Below, in pieces: positions 12,496-25,205 of a stretch of 64,000 bases of DNA (position 1 is its first letter; each line of letters opens with the position of its first letter). Under the pieces are notes generated by a model, which saw only the letters and a list, made by a program, of their open reading frames with translations, did not search any database and had not been told where the DNA came from. The position numbers and the translations under genes are program-made. This DNA is from Octopus bimaculoides (lineage: Eukaryota), in the NCBI RefSeq assembly GCF_001194135.2, contig NC_068984.1:64590168-64654167 (forward strand), given 5' to 3'.

Positions 12496-14602
12496 AAAAG
12501 GAAGAGTTTACCAAGTCAACAAAGAAAGCTATGTAGAGTTGATGACTGGTTAAAAAATAAGCAGTAAATCTCTCTCTCTCAAAATGACACCATCAAAAAT
12601 ATCTATTAAAATCAAAAGCAAAAACAGATAGGCTGATACTTAAACATCTTTACCAAGGTTGCATCAATGTAAGTTGACCCAGGGATAAAAATTAACAGCA
12701 GAAATATTTATAAGAAATATTTGTGAAAATTTGCTGATTTTTTATCAAACTATAACACATGAAAGGAAAAAAAAGAAATCTAGAATTTTCAGAAAAAATT
12801 ATCTACACAAAGGACAAAATTAAAATGTAGCCACTATCACATACATCACAGAAATATGGTAAATAGACAGAAGTTCAAAATAGTCATAGAGATATCAGTA
12901 GTGATGGTGGTAGCAGTGGTTGTGATGGTGGTGGTGGTGATGGAAGTGGTGATGGTGGTAGTGTTGATGTTAGTGGAAGCTGTAGATTATTGTGGTACAA
13001 AAAATATATATATATCAATATATATTTTTCTTGTTTGACTGTTAATTTTCAGTTAATTTCTTTAAATTGGAAGAGAAATCTTTCTTTACAACATTTTTGG
13101 GTTTTTTTTTTTTTTTGGCCACATTTTTCAGTTCAATTGATATTATTGGAATCATCCATCAATTTATAAAATGAATTCTTAACAATGCAAAGATAACACA
13201 GAAGAAGACAGCAACAAGATGAAATACATAATTAAGTCTATCAAGAAAAGTAACAGTAACCTCACCATAATTTATAAGGAAAATAAACAGATGATAATGA
13301 TGATGATGATGAGAGCAAAGATGATAAGAGCAATCAATAACCATAATAGCATGAATGATGACACCACCGAGAACAAAGACGACAATGATGATGACAATGA
13401 TGATGATGATGATGGCTGTAATAACATGAATAATCATAATGGTAAAATTCTAATAAACAATGCAGAAATGGTGAGGAATGAGTAGGGGTGTTGGAGGAGT
13501 ATCAGTTGGCATTGGGTCGGGAGAAAGGAAGTGATATCAACAGTATCCAACTCGATAAAGGTTACATTTACGATAACTAAAGATATTTGCAGAATACCAA
13601 TGGTAATTATGATAATTTTAACAATGATAAGAAAGGTATTTTAAAGAATATATCAATTCCTCATTTACATTTATTTGCTACGAGTCAAGATAATAACCCT
13701 GACGTCCAGCAAAATTAACTTTATTAATTTCAGCTTTTGGCTGAAATGTAGAAAGCTGATGGCAAAGTGGTTGCAGAGCATGCATAACAGTTTATATATA
13801 TATTTGAAGTCTTATCACAACTAGAATGACACTAGAAAAGAGGCAACTCATCTCCAACTGAGCAGACTTATAAACAAAGGCATTCCAACCATAGCCATCC
13901 CATTTTTTTTATTAAATACAGGGAGCCTAAGAACACATAGTCCAACATGTCATTTTAAAGACAGCAAGATATAACTTGAGGGAGATTTAGCAGCTATTTC
14001 TAGAAGGCTGACCAACCCCACACAGCCTCCAAATTATATGTATCCATGCATGTTTTAAAAATTGAATTCCTTTCCCTCTTTGTCATTCATTCTCCAAAAC
14101 ATTTTCAAAATCATTTTCATAAGTTTGTCCTAAACATCCAACATTATGAGAAAAATAAAGCTTTTCTTTCATAAGTTCCAAGTCACTCTGGTGGTTGATA
14201 AAAACTGATATTGTGTATCAAGCATGATACATGGGTACTAGGGGAATATGTCCTGTGTGTCACATGTGGTAGACAGGGGAGACAGGGGGTTAAGCTTGTC
14301 GCAAGTAGCGGAGATTGGAGGGGTTTAGTGACATAATCTAATCAAGTGGCTATTTCACCCTTTTTTGAAACTTTATCATTATTTTTCTGAATGGTGGAAT
14401 GACAGAGATGGCAGAGCACAGGACTAAGTAAAATTTACCTTATTTAAATATATCCTATTGTTCAATTCCTTTGTGAGTCAAATTTATATTTTATTCTTCC
14501 AGTTTTAATTAACTCATTACCACTCAAGTACTGAAATTCAATTAATTGACTATGTCATCAACTCAAAATGTGTGCACTTATAACTGAGTTATAAATTATT
14601 GT

Positions 14603-14791
14603 ATTCTTTTACTTGTTTCAGTCATTTTGACTGTGGTCATGCTGGAGCACAACCTTTTACTCGAAGAAATCAACCCCTGGACTTATTCTTTGCAAACCTG
14701 ATACTTTCTTTTGCTGAACCGCTAAGTTACAGGGATGTAAATATACCAATATCGGTTGTCAAGTGACAGTGGTGGGACAAACACAGACACA

Positions 14792-14837
<46 letters not shown>

Positions 14838-14962
14838 TATATACAATGGCCTTCTTTCAGTTTCTGTCTACCAAATCCACTCACAAGGCTTTGTAATGGA
14901 ACTGAACCCAGAACCATGTGTTGGGAAACAAGATTCTTACCACACAGTCACGCCTGTGCCTT
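14603..14962 (-). mobile_element. Family A SINE with internal deletion
   Basis: Reverse-complement homology to 5443-5842. The CORE segment between 'aaggcttt' and 'gtaatggaactgaacc' is missing. Confidence 0.82.
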
Positions 14963-15447
14963 TTATAGTTAATATTTTGATTTCAATCTCTGCCTTGTTT
15001 GATTTTTATTTTTACATTTCGACCTTCTAGCGTCAATACAATAAGGATTTTATATGAGCTGATAACTGAATCATATTCTTTAAAATGCGACCTGATGCCA
15101 AATTTAGAAATCAATATTTCCATAAATCCTTTATGTGCATATTATGTTGTAGTTGATTTTTAGGCTCCATATCAATCCTGATCAAGCAAATTTAGGATCA
15201 AAAGCTTTTCAGTCATACCTTTTCGGTTACAGTGCAGATATAATTACATTATCAAATATGTCTCCTCTTTTTAAAGGTGGCAAGTTGAGATTTGGAGTAA
15301 GATTTGGTTATTATTTTAAGCAGGTCAGTGACCCACATGGAGGCTCTCTCATCATCTCATTTCATCTTCATATTAGAGTGTGTGTGTTGTGTGTGTGTAT
15401 GTGTGTGTATGTTTGTGACTGTGTGTATGTGTGTGTGAGTGTGTGTT

Positions 15448-15489
<42 letters not shown>

Positions 15490-15493
<4 letters not shown>

Positions 15494-15893
15494 ACGACTG
15501 GCCCCCATGCCAACGTCTCCTTCATTCGCTTACAAAGACCTGTTGGGGCAAGCGAAATTGTGATGACACCTGTACCAGTGGAGCGCTAAGAGCACCGTTC
15601 GAGCGTGATCATTACCAGCGTCACCTTCCTGGCACTTGTGCCGGTGGCACGTGAAAAGTCATTCGAGTGAGATCATTGCTAGTGCTGCTGGACTGGTCTT
15701 TGTGCCAGTGGCACATGAAAGCACCCACTACACTCTCGGAGTGGTAAGCATTAAGAAGGGCATCCAGCTGTAGAAACTCTGCCAAATCAGATTGGAGCCT
15801 GGTGTAGTCATCTGGTTCACCAGTCCTCAGTCAAATCGTCCAACCCATGCTAGCATGGAAAGTGGATGTTAAACAATGATGATGATGATGATG
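15490..15893 (+). mobile_element. Family B repeat (longest copy)
   Basis: GTGCCGGTGGCACGTGAAAAG subunits, GAAGGGCATCCAGCTGTAGAAACTCTGCC, tail CCAACCCATGCTAGCATGGAAAG...(GAT)n. Confidence 0.87.
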
Positions 15894-16823
15894 TATTGTA
15901 TCAACTTTTTCCTTATTTCTTTTGTTTTTGAAATCATTTTCAAATTTGTTTTATTTTTACACATTTGTAGCAAGTTAACATTATGGCATCACCACCACTA
16001 CCACCTCCACCACCATTCTCATCATCATCATCATCTTTTTCATGATCATTCAAGTATTGACCAACATTTAAAGTCACTTTCTATATCTCAAAAATATATG
16101 ATAGTATTTCTACTGTTTGAAATGGAATATAAATTAATTTTTCAGTGACATTTATACATAAATANNNNNNNNNNNNNNNNNNNNNNNNNNNNNNNNNNNN
16201 NNNNNNNNNNNNNNNNNNNNNNNNNNNNNNNNNNNNNNNNNNNNNNNNNNNNNNNNNNNNNNNNNNNNNNNNNNNNNNNNNNNNNNNNNNNNNNNNNNNN
16301 NNNNNNNNNNNNNNNNNNNNNNNNNNNNNNNNNNNNNNNNNNNNNNNNNNNNNNNNNNNNNNNNNNNNNNNNNNNNNNNNNNNNNNNNNNNNNNNNNNNN
16401 NNNNNNNNNNNNNNNNNNNNNNNNNNNNNNNNNNNNNNNNNNNNNNNNNNNNNNNNNNNNNNNNNNNNNNNNNNNNNNNNNNNNNNNNNNNNNNNNNNNN
16501 NNNNNNNNNNNNNNNNNNNNNNNNNNNNTATATATATATATATATATATATGAGGTAGTTGAAGTAGAACTTGGTGTTTAGCATCAAACCAACTCTGAAA
16601 TGGCTATTGTCTAGATCTAAATCGATCAGATATGACAATACCATCTAATTTATTTATCAAATACTTTGTATCTAAGAATATATGATTCAAAGTAACTTAT
16701 TCTTAAGACAGTAGGATGTAATCTGAGAAGCATTTCGTTGATATTTCTAACATGTCAAGTGACCACATTTCCCCTCTTGTGAATCTGTGATTTGAACTTT
16801 TCCTAATGTATTAAGGATATAAA

Positions 16824-17202
16824 GTGGAGGCGCAATGGCCCAGTAGTTAGGGCAGCGGACTCGCGGTCATAGGATCGCGGTTTCAATTCCCAGACCACGC
16901 ATTGTGAGTGTTTATTAAGTGAAAACACTTAAAGCTCCACGAGGCTCCAGCAGGGGATGGTGGCGAACCCTGTTGTACTCTTTCACCACAACTTTCTCTC
17001 ACTCTTACTTCCTGTTTCTGTTGTGCCTGTAATTCAAAGGGTCAGCCTTGTCACGCTGAATATCCCCGACACCTACGTTAAGGGTACACGTGTCTGTGGA
17101 GTGCTCAGCCACTTGCACATTAATTTCACGAGCAGGCTGTTCCATTGATCTGATCAACTGGAACTCTCGACGTCGTAAGCGACGGAGTGACAACAACAAC
17201 AA
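16824..17202 (+). mobile_element. Full-length tRNA-derived SINE, family C
   Basis: Head GTGGAGGCGCAATGGCCCAGTAGTTAGGGCAGCGGACTCGCGG...GGTTTCAATTCCC, (AAC)n tail, 11-bp TSD aaggatat(a/g)aa at 16813-16823 and 17201-17211. Homologous to 51948-52329. Confidence 0.9.
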
Positions 17203-17366
17203 GGATATGAAGGATTAAAAATAACAATTACAAAAATCTGAAGTAGTAGTAGTAATAGTAGTAGTAACAACAACAAAATTGCCAAATATATGTTCAACAT
17301 TTTATCAACATTTGTGACAAGTATCATAAGTCCCTCATTGAGGTTGTAATGCTGAAGTAATATTAA

Positions 17367-17638
17367 CCCATAAACTGCAAGGATTTTGCTGTATGTAACA
17401 CGAACTGTTGAGCCTATTTTGGGTAAAGATCAACATCGATCTATCACTCGAAAAAAATACTCAGTGTTTCTTAACACCTTCTGTGATTGGCTACACTGTT
17501 TCTGGGGTGAAAGGGTGTCATGTGCATACATTACACTTCATCAAAATTAGGTCAGATCATGCCCTACTTCCGTGGCCATGCACGTGACCTGTCGCACTGT
17601 TACGTTGGCCACTGAGGTGGCCTATCGCAGTTTATGGG
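17367..17638. mobile_element. piggyBac-type non-autonomous element (MITE), 272 bp
   Basis: TTAA at 17363-17366 and 17639-17642. TIRs CCCATAAACTGC ... GCAGTTTATGGG with the CCC/GGG ends characteristic of piggyBac. No coding capacity. Confidence 0.85.
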
Positions 17639-17684
17639 TTAAATCTCTTTAAAGTAGTGGCCAAAATGCCTAGTGGAATGTCAC

Positions 17685-17855
17685 ACATCTTTGTGTTCAA
17701 AGTTCAGATTCCACCAAGGTCAATGTTGCCTTTCATCCTTTCAGGATCAATAAAATAGGTAAATAGGTACCAGTTGATCACTGGGGTTGATGTAATCAAC
17801 CTAACTCCACACCCCAAAAAATTGCTGGCCTTGATCTAAAATTTGAAACCAGAAT
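17685..17855 (+). mobile_element. Family F SINE 3' two-thirds
   Basis: GTTCAGATTCCACCAAGGTCAATGTTGCCTTTCATCCTTTCAGGATCAATAAAATAGG..TACCAGTTGATCACTGGGGTTGATGTAATC. Confidence 0.78.
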
Positions 17856-18069
17856 TAAATCCCTTTCTTTCAGTTTTGCTGCTAATGTCATTGAGTAAAG
17901 GCAGCTACATCAAAACATTGTATTTCCACTTCCACTTAAAATATATATAATATGCCTTTTGTGCCTAGTGAAGGATAAAGAAACATTCTGTTTTCTGCGG
18001 CAGAAACAGTTAATACTAGTTTCTCACTAAGGCACAAGGTTTAGTGGGATAAAGCATTCATTAGTGAAG

Positions 18070-18240
18070 TCAGAACAACCAATTATAGCAACCCAATAAT
18101 TGATTGGTACTGATTTTATTGACCTTGGAAAGATGAAAGGAAAAGTCAAGCTCAGAGGAATTTAAACTCAGAACATAAAGTAATGCCTGCCACAAAAATA
18201 CCACAAGGCATTTTATTCAAAATGCCACCAATTCTGCCAA
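18070..18240 (-). mobile_element. Family F SINE, decayed
   Basis: ttggtactgattttattgaccttggaaagatgaaaggaaaagtcaagc...ggaatttaaactcagaac...caattctgcca. Confidence 0.68.
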
Positions 18241-18766
18241 TCAAACATCATTGTTAAACTGAATATTAACAAGAAAAACAGCAGCTTTGCATCAATATTC
18301 ACTTCTGATTATTAGATACACAATAGCAGGCAGGAGAAGAAACCAAAAGCAGTAGCAGTATTAGCTATAGCAACAGAACAGCAATACTAGTTTTACTAAC
18401 CAACACTTACATATATAGAATACGATATTCCCATGTTGGTATATAGAAATCTCTGCAGTGTTTGAAGTTAGGAATTTATGGAAAAGAATCAATGTCTGAA
18501 AAGTTTGCTTAAGCTAAGAGGAATGTAAAAACTAACCTGTCAAATTTCTCTGACATTTAACGATATCAAATCAATTCAGGATACTGTATGTCTAAAAATT
18601 AGATATCTCTTGTTTAATCAGCTAAACGTATATTCATATATCAAAATCAATTCTTCTTAAAAACTCATTTCCTATGAATCATCACATGTTCTTCATATGT
18701 AAGGGCTTCTGTTTGGTTGTTTTTTTTTTACCTCTTAATATATATGCATTTATTTCAGAAATAATA

Positions 18767-18799
<33 letters not shown>

Positions 18800-19255
18800 A
18801 TGAAATAGCGAGTGGGGACAAAAAAAGACAAGATTTTTCCAAAGATTTGTGTTGTAAAATGGCTGACTACAAGAGATTCAAGTTGTCTTAATGCTGTCAA
18901 GAGCAATTCTTATGGGGAATCATATTTCTGTACATTTATTTCAGAAGAATTACTTCAATAGCAAAAGTATTATATATAGATTTATAATAGTTTTTGAGGG
19001 GTTTTGATACATTTTCCCACTGAGGCTGATTGATCTAATATAAATGAACATATATTCCTTATTACAAACAGATATCATCTGACATAGATAACACACATTA
19101 GCAGATATATAGTGTAAGAAAAATGAGTGTAAGTATCATACTAACAGGCAATGAATGATGTTACAGCAAGTATATAAATGTTGTATACAAGCAGCAGTAA
19201 ATGGCAATACCCAACTATTGTATTGAAATAACCGTGTTATTGGTGCAGAGACTTC

Positions 19256-19302
<47 letters not shown>

Positions 19303-19319
19303 GTGTGCATGTGCGTATG

Positions 19320-19430
19320 TATACCTTTTATCTTCTACTTGGTTTAGTCATTATTAGACGGTGGCCATGTTGGGGTATCAACTTGAAGAATCACCAACAC
19401 CAGTTGTTTCGTGTGTTGGCACTTTTCAAA
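19320..19430 (-). mobile_element. Family A SINE 3' tail fragment, decayed
   Basis: cttctacttggtttagtcatt..gtggccatgttgggg resembles the revcomp of the family A tail. Confidence 0.6.
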
Positions 19431-19533
19431 CTATTACAGACTGAAGATCTGTGTTTTTATAATACAGTTGTTGATAAATATATAAATATATTTCCCTATG
19501 GAATGTTCTATAATGAATAATATATATATATAT

Positions 19534-19703
19534 ACACTCTCTGAGTGGTTGGCGTTAGGAAGGGCATCCAGCTGTAGAAACTCTGCCAAATCAGACTGGA
19601 GCCTGGTGTTGCCATCCGGTTTCACCAGTCCTCAGTCAAATCGTCCAACCCATGCTAGCATGGAAAGCGGACGTTAAACGATGATGATGATGATGATGAT
19701 GAT
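19534..19703 (+). mobile_element. Family B repeat, young 5'-truncated copy
   Basis: 19534-19680 matches the revcomp of 52580-52726 at 146/147 nt by manual alignment. Confidence 0.9.
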
Positions 19704-19736
19704 GCACACACACATTTACTGTATGTATATTAGTTA

Positions 19737-19784
<48 letters not shown>

Positions 19785-19799
19785 CGGAATATCCTAATC

Positions 19800-20035
19800 T
19801 TGGTATCGCATGGTAGTTGTAAATTAGTGTCTCTCACATTCAAATGGTGTCCTTTGTTTTTCAATCTTCTGTAACGACATGTCTGGCCATTGGATAATAT
19901 TATTTTATTTGGAAAGATGTGAGGTATTGGCATGAGGAGGGGCATCCAGTCGTAAAAAACCTAAATGAATTCTTTCCAACCCATGTGAGTATGGAAAAGT
20001 GGTTGCTAAAATGATGATGATGGTTGTGATGATGA
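19800..20035 (+). mobile_element. Family D 3' half
   Basis: ggtgtcctttg..caatcttc..catgtctggcca...gagggcatccagtcgtaaaaa...cccatgtgagtatggaaaagtgg..(GAT)n. Confidence 0.7.
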
Positions 20036-20244
20036 TATACAAATACATACAGAGATATATACACATACATATACACACAAAGATTGGTACACCTATCAAG
20101 GTAAGGAAACCAAGATATAAAACTTGTCTCAGTATATAACTATTATTTTCAATGCATGTAAATGGATATCAATGTAGTTTGTTTTTTTTGTTTTTTTTGC
20201 AGCTCATTGATTATTGGATAAAAAAACAATTCTCATTTTATAAA

Positions 20245-20389
20245 GGCATGACTGAATGGTTAAGAACTTTGCTTTTAACTATGTGGTTTGTGGTTCAAAT
20301 CTATTGTGTGGTACATTTGGTAAGTGTCTTTAACTATAGCTCTAGGCTGATCAAAACCTTGTGAGTAGGAGATAAAAACTGAAAGAATC

Positions 20390-20453
<64 letters not shown>

Positions 20454-20740
20454 TGGATGTGTTTGTGTTTGTGTCACTTCCTTACATCACATGATAGTTA
20501 TAAACAAGCACTAACATCATACATATCAGTGTCCTTCATTTCCAATCTTCCATGAAAACTTTGTCTGGCCACAGGGAAATATTACTGGGCTTGGGAAAAG
20601 ATGTGAGTTAATGACGACAAGACAGGCATTCATTCATAAAAAAAATATGGCTCAATAAATTTCATCTGATCCATACAAGCATAGAAAATAGGATGTTAAA
20701 ATGGTATTGAAGATGTTGATGCTGCTGATAATGATGATGC
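20245..20740 (+). mobile_element. Family D SINE (A-type head + (TG)n + D tail)
   Basis: Head ggcatgactgaatggttaag...ggttcaaatc...taagtgtctttaactatagc...aactgaaagaa, then (TG)n, then D body and (GAT)n-like tail. Confidence 0.72.
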
Positions 20741-23343
20741 TCTATCATGAATTTGAGTAACTCAATTTTTTGAATGGTAATGAAAGCCAACAATAAATCA
20801 CCTGAAATATATTAGAGATGGGTTTCTGGGTGTGAAATCCACATAACACTCCAATCGAAATTAAATTCACAAGGAAGTGTCCTGGAAAGTCATTCAAGAA
20901 GTTTGCAATGAAGTGTGCCTTTGTATGTATTTCGGTTAACCATAGCTATAAACATATCAATAGAAGTATGGAGATGAATGGATAACCAAACCTTGCAATC
21001 CTTCTAAATACACATCATTTTGAATTCAGAGGCCAATAATGTGTTAATGTACATTGGTATGTTACTTAATACTGCTGTAAATGTAACCCTTTTCAACACT
21101 CTACAACTTGAATGATAGGGACAAAACTCAGTATTCACTTAATACAAAAGGACACTGTAACAGAATATGATGGCTGTAGAATTTGATCCAGCTTTCAAAT
21201 TACCGCTAACATTACTATCAATCTTCTTCCTCTCTGTATATTTAGGAATCTTACTTCATGTGAGTCTTTCATTTTCTATTCACTCATTGTTCCACTATTT
21301 TAAAAAGAGACAGTGAAAATGATTGACAGAAAGATTAAAATGACACTACTGAGAAAGAAAAAAGGTGAATTTGACATCGCAGAAATGTACTACCATCATT
21401 ATTAGCATCGCTCTTCTGCTACTTTCTCTATCTATTTTTCTATATCTTCTAATACATCTCTCGCTTTCTATATCTCTCTATTCTTCAACTCCAGGTAGAG
21501 GGACACAGAGAAATGTAAAAAGATTAAAGAAAGACTAGAGGAAGAAAAACAAAGAATATGACATCACACAAATGTACTGCTGTCATCATCGCCATCATTC
21601 CACTCTTGCACTGTTTCTCTCTTCATGTATGTTTTCCATTCTCCATCTCTCTATTCCACTATGTTAGAGAAAGTGAGAGAGAGAGTGAGAGAGAGAGAGA
21701 GAAAGGGAGGGAGGGAGAGGGAGGAAGGGTGATAATGAGAAAGAGAGGGCAAGATTAAAGAGAGACTGCAAAAAAGAAGCTCAAAAGTATTGCTGCCACC
21801 ATCATTATTATACTCCTTTCTCTTTCTGTCTCTCATTCTCTATATCTATTCTACTGACCCAGAAGTAGAGAGAGCAAAGACTGACACTACTACTCCATTT
21901 CAACTTTCTATCTTTCTACATTTCTTTGTCTTGATAGACAGTAGGATTGATTTGAAGGACAACTGGCTCCAGTTTCATGAAATGAATGCGGAATAAATCT
22001 CATCTGTAGATAGGATGCTGGCCCATTGCAGGTAGCATTCCCAGATGATTAGATACCTATTTCCAATGGTAGATAAAATAAGTCACTGTGAAATGAAAGT
22101 GATCTGCATAGATACACAATGAAATGTGCGCAACATATCTGAACTTAAGTCCAATGAACAAACAGTCAATACATTATGTCTCATGACATGGTATTAATGA
22201 CAATGATGGTGAGATACAAATTGCATATAGTCATTGCAGCTCCTGCCAATTCCTGTGTGAACATCCTTCAAATTTATCAGAATATAGATAGAGAGTAGAA
22301 CAAATGTACAAATGAATCAGTTAGGATTTGCATTTAAACCATGTCATTCAATTTGCAATGAGTGTTGTTTTTTGTTTTAATATTATAAAGAATTCCTCGT
22401 TGGTAAGTAACACACACATGCAAATATAAATTTTGTGTATGTATTAGAGAAAATAGAAATGCTTATAAAAGCTTTGAGCAGTATAAGTAAATTTAGCATT
22501 AGCTTATTTTAAATATTCTATCTGTAGACTAAGACAACATTTCTTCTCCACTTTTTATAACATTTCAACATGTAGAAATATTCATTTGCAATTACCTAAT
22601 GCTAAAAAAAACTATTTCACATCACAAAAACCTAATGGTTCTCATGAACATTTAATATCTGTCGACTAAGAAGTACACTGATGACTGGAGGTAATAGAGA
22701 ACACAAGCATGGAATAATTTCACACTTTAATTATATATTTATTAATGAACATTTAAATGATTGAATTATGACAATTGATTTGGCACTATTTTATATTTAT
22801 GTTTCTTAAGTTTTTTTTCATTTCTTTGGCTGAGTGCTAAATTAACTTTAGCTCACTGTTCTAGCTGTTGCTTACAAACCTTAGGGCTTGTTCAGTGATG
22901 AACTAATTACATTATTTGTATGTTGTTTTTCTTCATGAACTGAATTCAATAATTTCATTACATTTTATTCCTGATCTAACAGTTGCTGTGGGGAGTTATT
23001 TAAATACCCTTTATTTAACAGAGACTGTTAGGAAATAGCATTAGTAAAAAGGACATGTGAATAAACATTAAATTCCAATCAACAGCTGAAATACTACTCA
23101 AGCTAACAGTCAATTATTGACAAACTGTAGCTGAACTGGCATAAGTAGATAAACAAACATTAATGATCAAGCAATTTGCAAACATAAGGGTGTTAGCCAA
23201 CCCACACTAAAGCTTGAGATATCTTACAGCTTTAAAAAGATAACAAGAAGAAATAAAGTGATTAATTTTGTTGTTTTGTTTCTTAATTTTTCTTTTTTAA
23301 CTGCAAGACTATTTATTTATACACACAAATACACATATACAAA

Positions 23344-23401
<58 letters not shown>

Positions 23402-23407
23402 TGTGTG

Positions 23408-23650
23408 TGAGTTCAATTCCTGGTGAGATGTGTCCTTGAGCAAAACACTTTATTTCACATTGCCCTGGTCCACTCAGCTGGCAAAAATGAGTAATACCTG
23501 TATTTCAAAGGGCCAGTATTGTGACACTTTATGTCATGATGAATCTCCCTGAGAACTATGTTAAAGGTACATGTGTCTATGGAGAGCACAGCCACATGCA
23601 CGTTAAGTGGATCAACTGCAACTCTTATCATTGTAACCAACAGAGTGCCA
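23408..23650 (+). mobile_element. Family E SINE (B box, CORE-like segment, C-type tail)
   Basis: GAGTTCAATTCC...TCCTTGAGCAAAACACTTTATTTCAC...CAAAGGGCCAG...CCCTGAGAACTATGTTAAAGGTACATGTGTC...GTAACCAACAGAGTGCCA. The tail is shared with family C. Confidence 0.78.
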
Positions 23651-23781
23651 ATTATATATAATATATATATACATATACAGACTCACATATGCACACAGTT
23701 TTGTTCTGTACAAGTGAATATTTGTCTATTTTTAATGAGTTCCAATCAAACAAAATATGAAATTAGTAATTCTCTACTTAC

Positions 23782-23977
23782 TCGTGAGGTTTTGCAGCAT
23801 TGCCACCTGGAAAGTATAGATCCATGTGTGTGAAACGCAGTTGTACTCTCTCGGGTCCAGAACCCTCAAAAGTAAAACGACATGTAATATCCCCTGGGTA
23901 TGGATTTGGATAATTTGGACTGGTTATGGTACCGTTTTTCCCATCAGCACTGCTGATATGCCGGTTACAATTGGTGG
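23782..23977 (-). CDS. Internal coding exon of a CUB-domain protein (N-terminal ~65 aa of a CUB domain)
   Basis: Minus-strand translation (A)TNCNRHISSADGKNGTITSPNYPNPYPGDITCRFTFEGSGPERVQLRFTHMDLYFPGGNAAKPH(D/E) has the CUB hallmarks C...G.I.SPNYP..YP....C.....(G..V.L.F..). Acceptor ttattttcag|CC (AG at 23979-23978) and donor GA|GTAAGT (23781-23776). Phase 1 in, phase 2 out; 196 nt = 2+192+2. The parent gene cannot be identified from one exon. Confidence 0.92.
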
Positions 23978-25160
23978 CTGAAAATAACAGAAAGGGGAAC
24001 TTTATAGAAATTTGAGAAAAAAAGTCCACAACAAAAAAACAATATAACAAAAACGATGATTTAGCAGATGTCACAGAAGGCTTTTCATCTATTGAATCAA
24101 AGATAAAATGTTTTAAATTATATAGGTTATAAAGTCAATAGAAAACTGTGTGTAAGGGATTGGTCTCTTTCATATAAGAGAAAAAGGTGACACACACATA
24201 TATATATATATATAAATTTGCTTTTGCTCAATATAAATGAGTTATAAACATTTAAACAACAGAATGTTATGAAATAACTGGCTATAAGGAATAAAAAGGT
24301 GTTTACCCAATCAAAACTTAAATTGAAGACCGTTCACGTCTAAATTAACATAACTCCACATAATTGAACACAAAGAAAATCAATGGAAAACTTCAAACAG
24401 TTAAATCAAAGGATATTAAAGTGAAGACCCTGAAGAAACTGCACCGATATTATACTAATTGCAACGGTTACTAATCAATGCAATAGAAACATGTGTAGGT
24501 CTATTTGAAGTTGTATATATATATATATATAAAGAAACAAAGAATTAAAGGTAATGCTAATGCTACTTTGTAATAATCCTTATGAGTGAGAGAGAAAGAA
24601 AATGTGGGAGAGAGGGAGTGATAGATAGATAAATAGGTGGTGTAAAAATAAGTGTTCTCCTGGTTATCAGAGGATTCTCACATTCTGGAGCACTTGAATA
24701 AATATCTAAATTTTTAAACAGTGGTAACAAAAACTAAAAAACTAAAAAAATAAAGTGTTGCACTCCCTTCCCTCAACCCTCCAAAGTACCCAAATGTTAG
24801 AAAATAAATTCATGCTATTACTCAAATGGAATATATTTCTTCTGATTTGTCACTACTTATTCTTATTCAAAGTAATTATATACAAATCATGACTATGAAA
24901 GAATTTCTATTAAAATTCATAGTAAAATTCACTGCATCAAATAACAAACAAGAAATCAAAAGACAAAAGAGAAACTAACTTATAGCCAATGAGAAATGAA
25001 GTGGAGACAAAAGATGAAGAATTATTTTCATCTTAGTTCCATGTAATTTACATGTCTTACATAAATCTATATAATTTTTAAGGATAGTAACAATGAATAC
25101 AATATTTGTTATAGTATTTGAAAATTTGATATTTTTTCCTAAAAATATACACACATACAT

Positions 25161-25205
<45 letters not shown>

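Noticed and set aside
13159-13485. Asp/Met-rich or hydrophobic short ORFs (also 1282-1473, 1544-1843, 39074-39394, 61679-61942)
   Set aside because: They are translations of (GAT)n, (GTA)n and (GGT)n microsatellites, with no splice signals or domain motifs.
24430-24471. CTGAAGA-AACTGCA...TGCAACGG, a hammerhead-like start
   Set aside because: There is no GAAA core element or stem III/I pairing after stem II. At most it is a decayed remnant.
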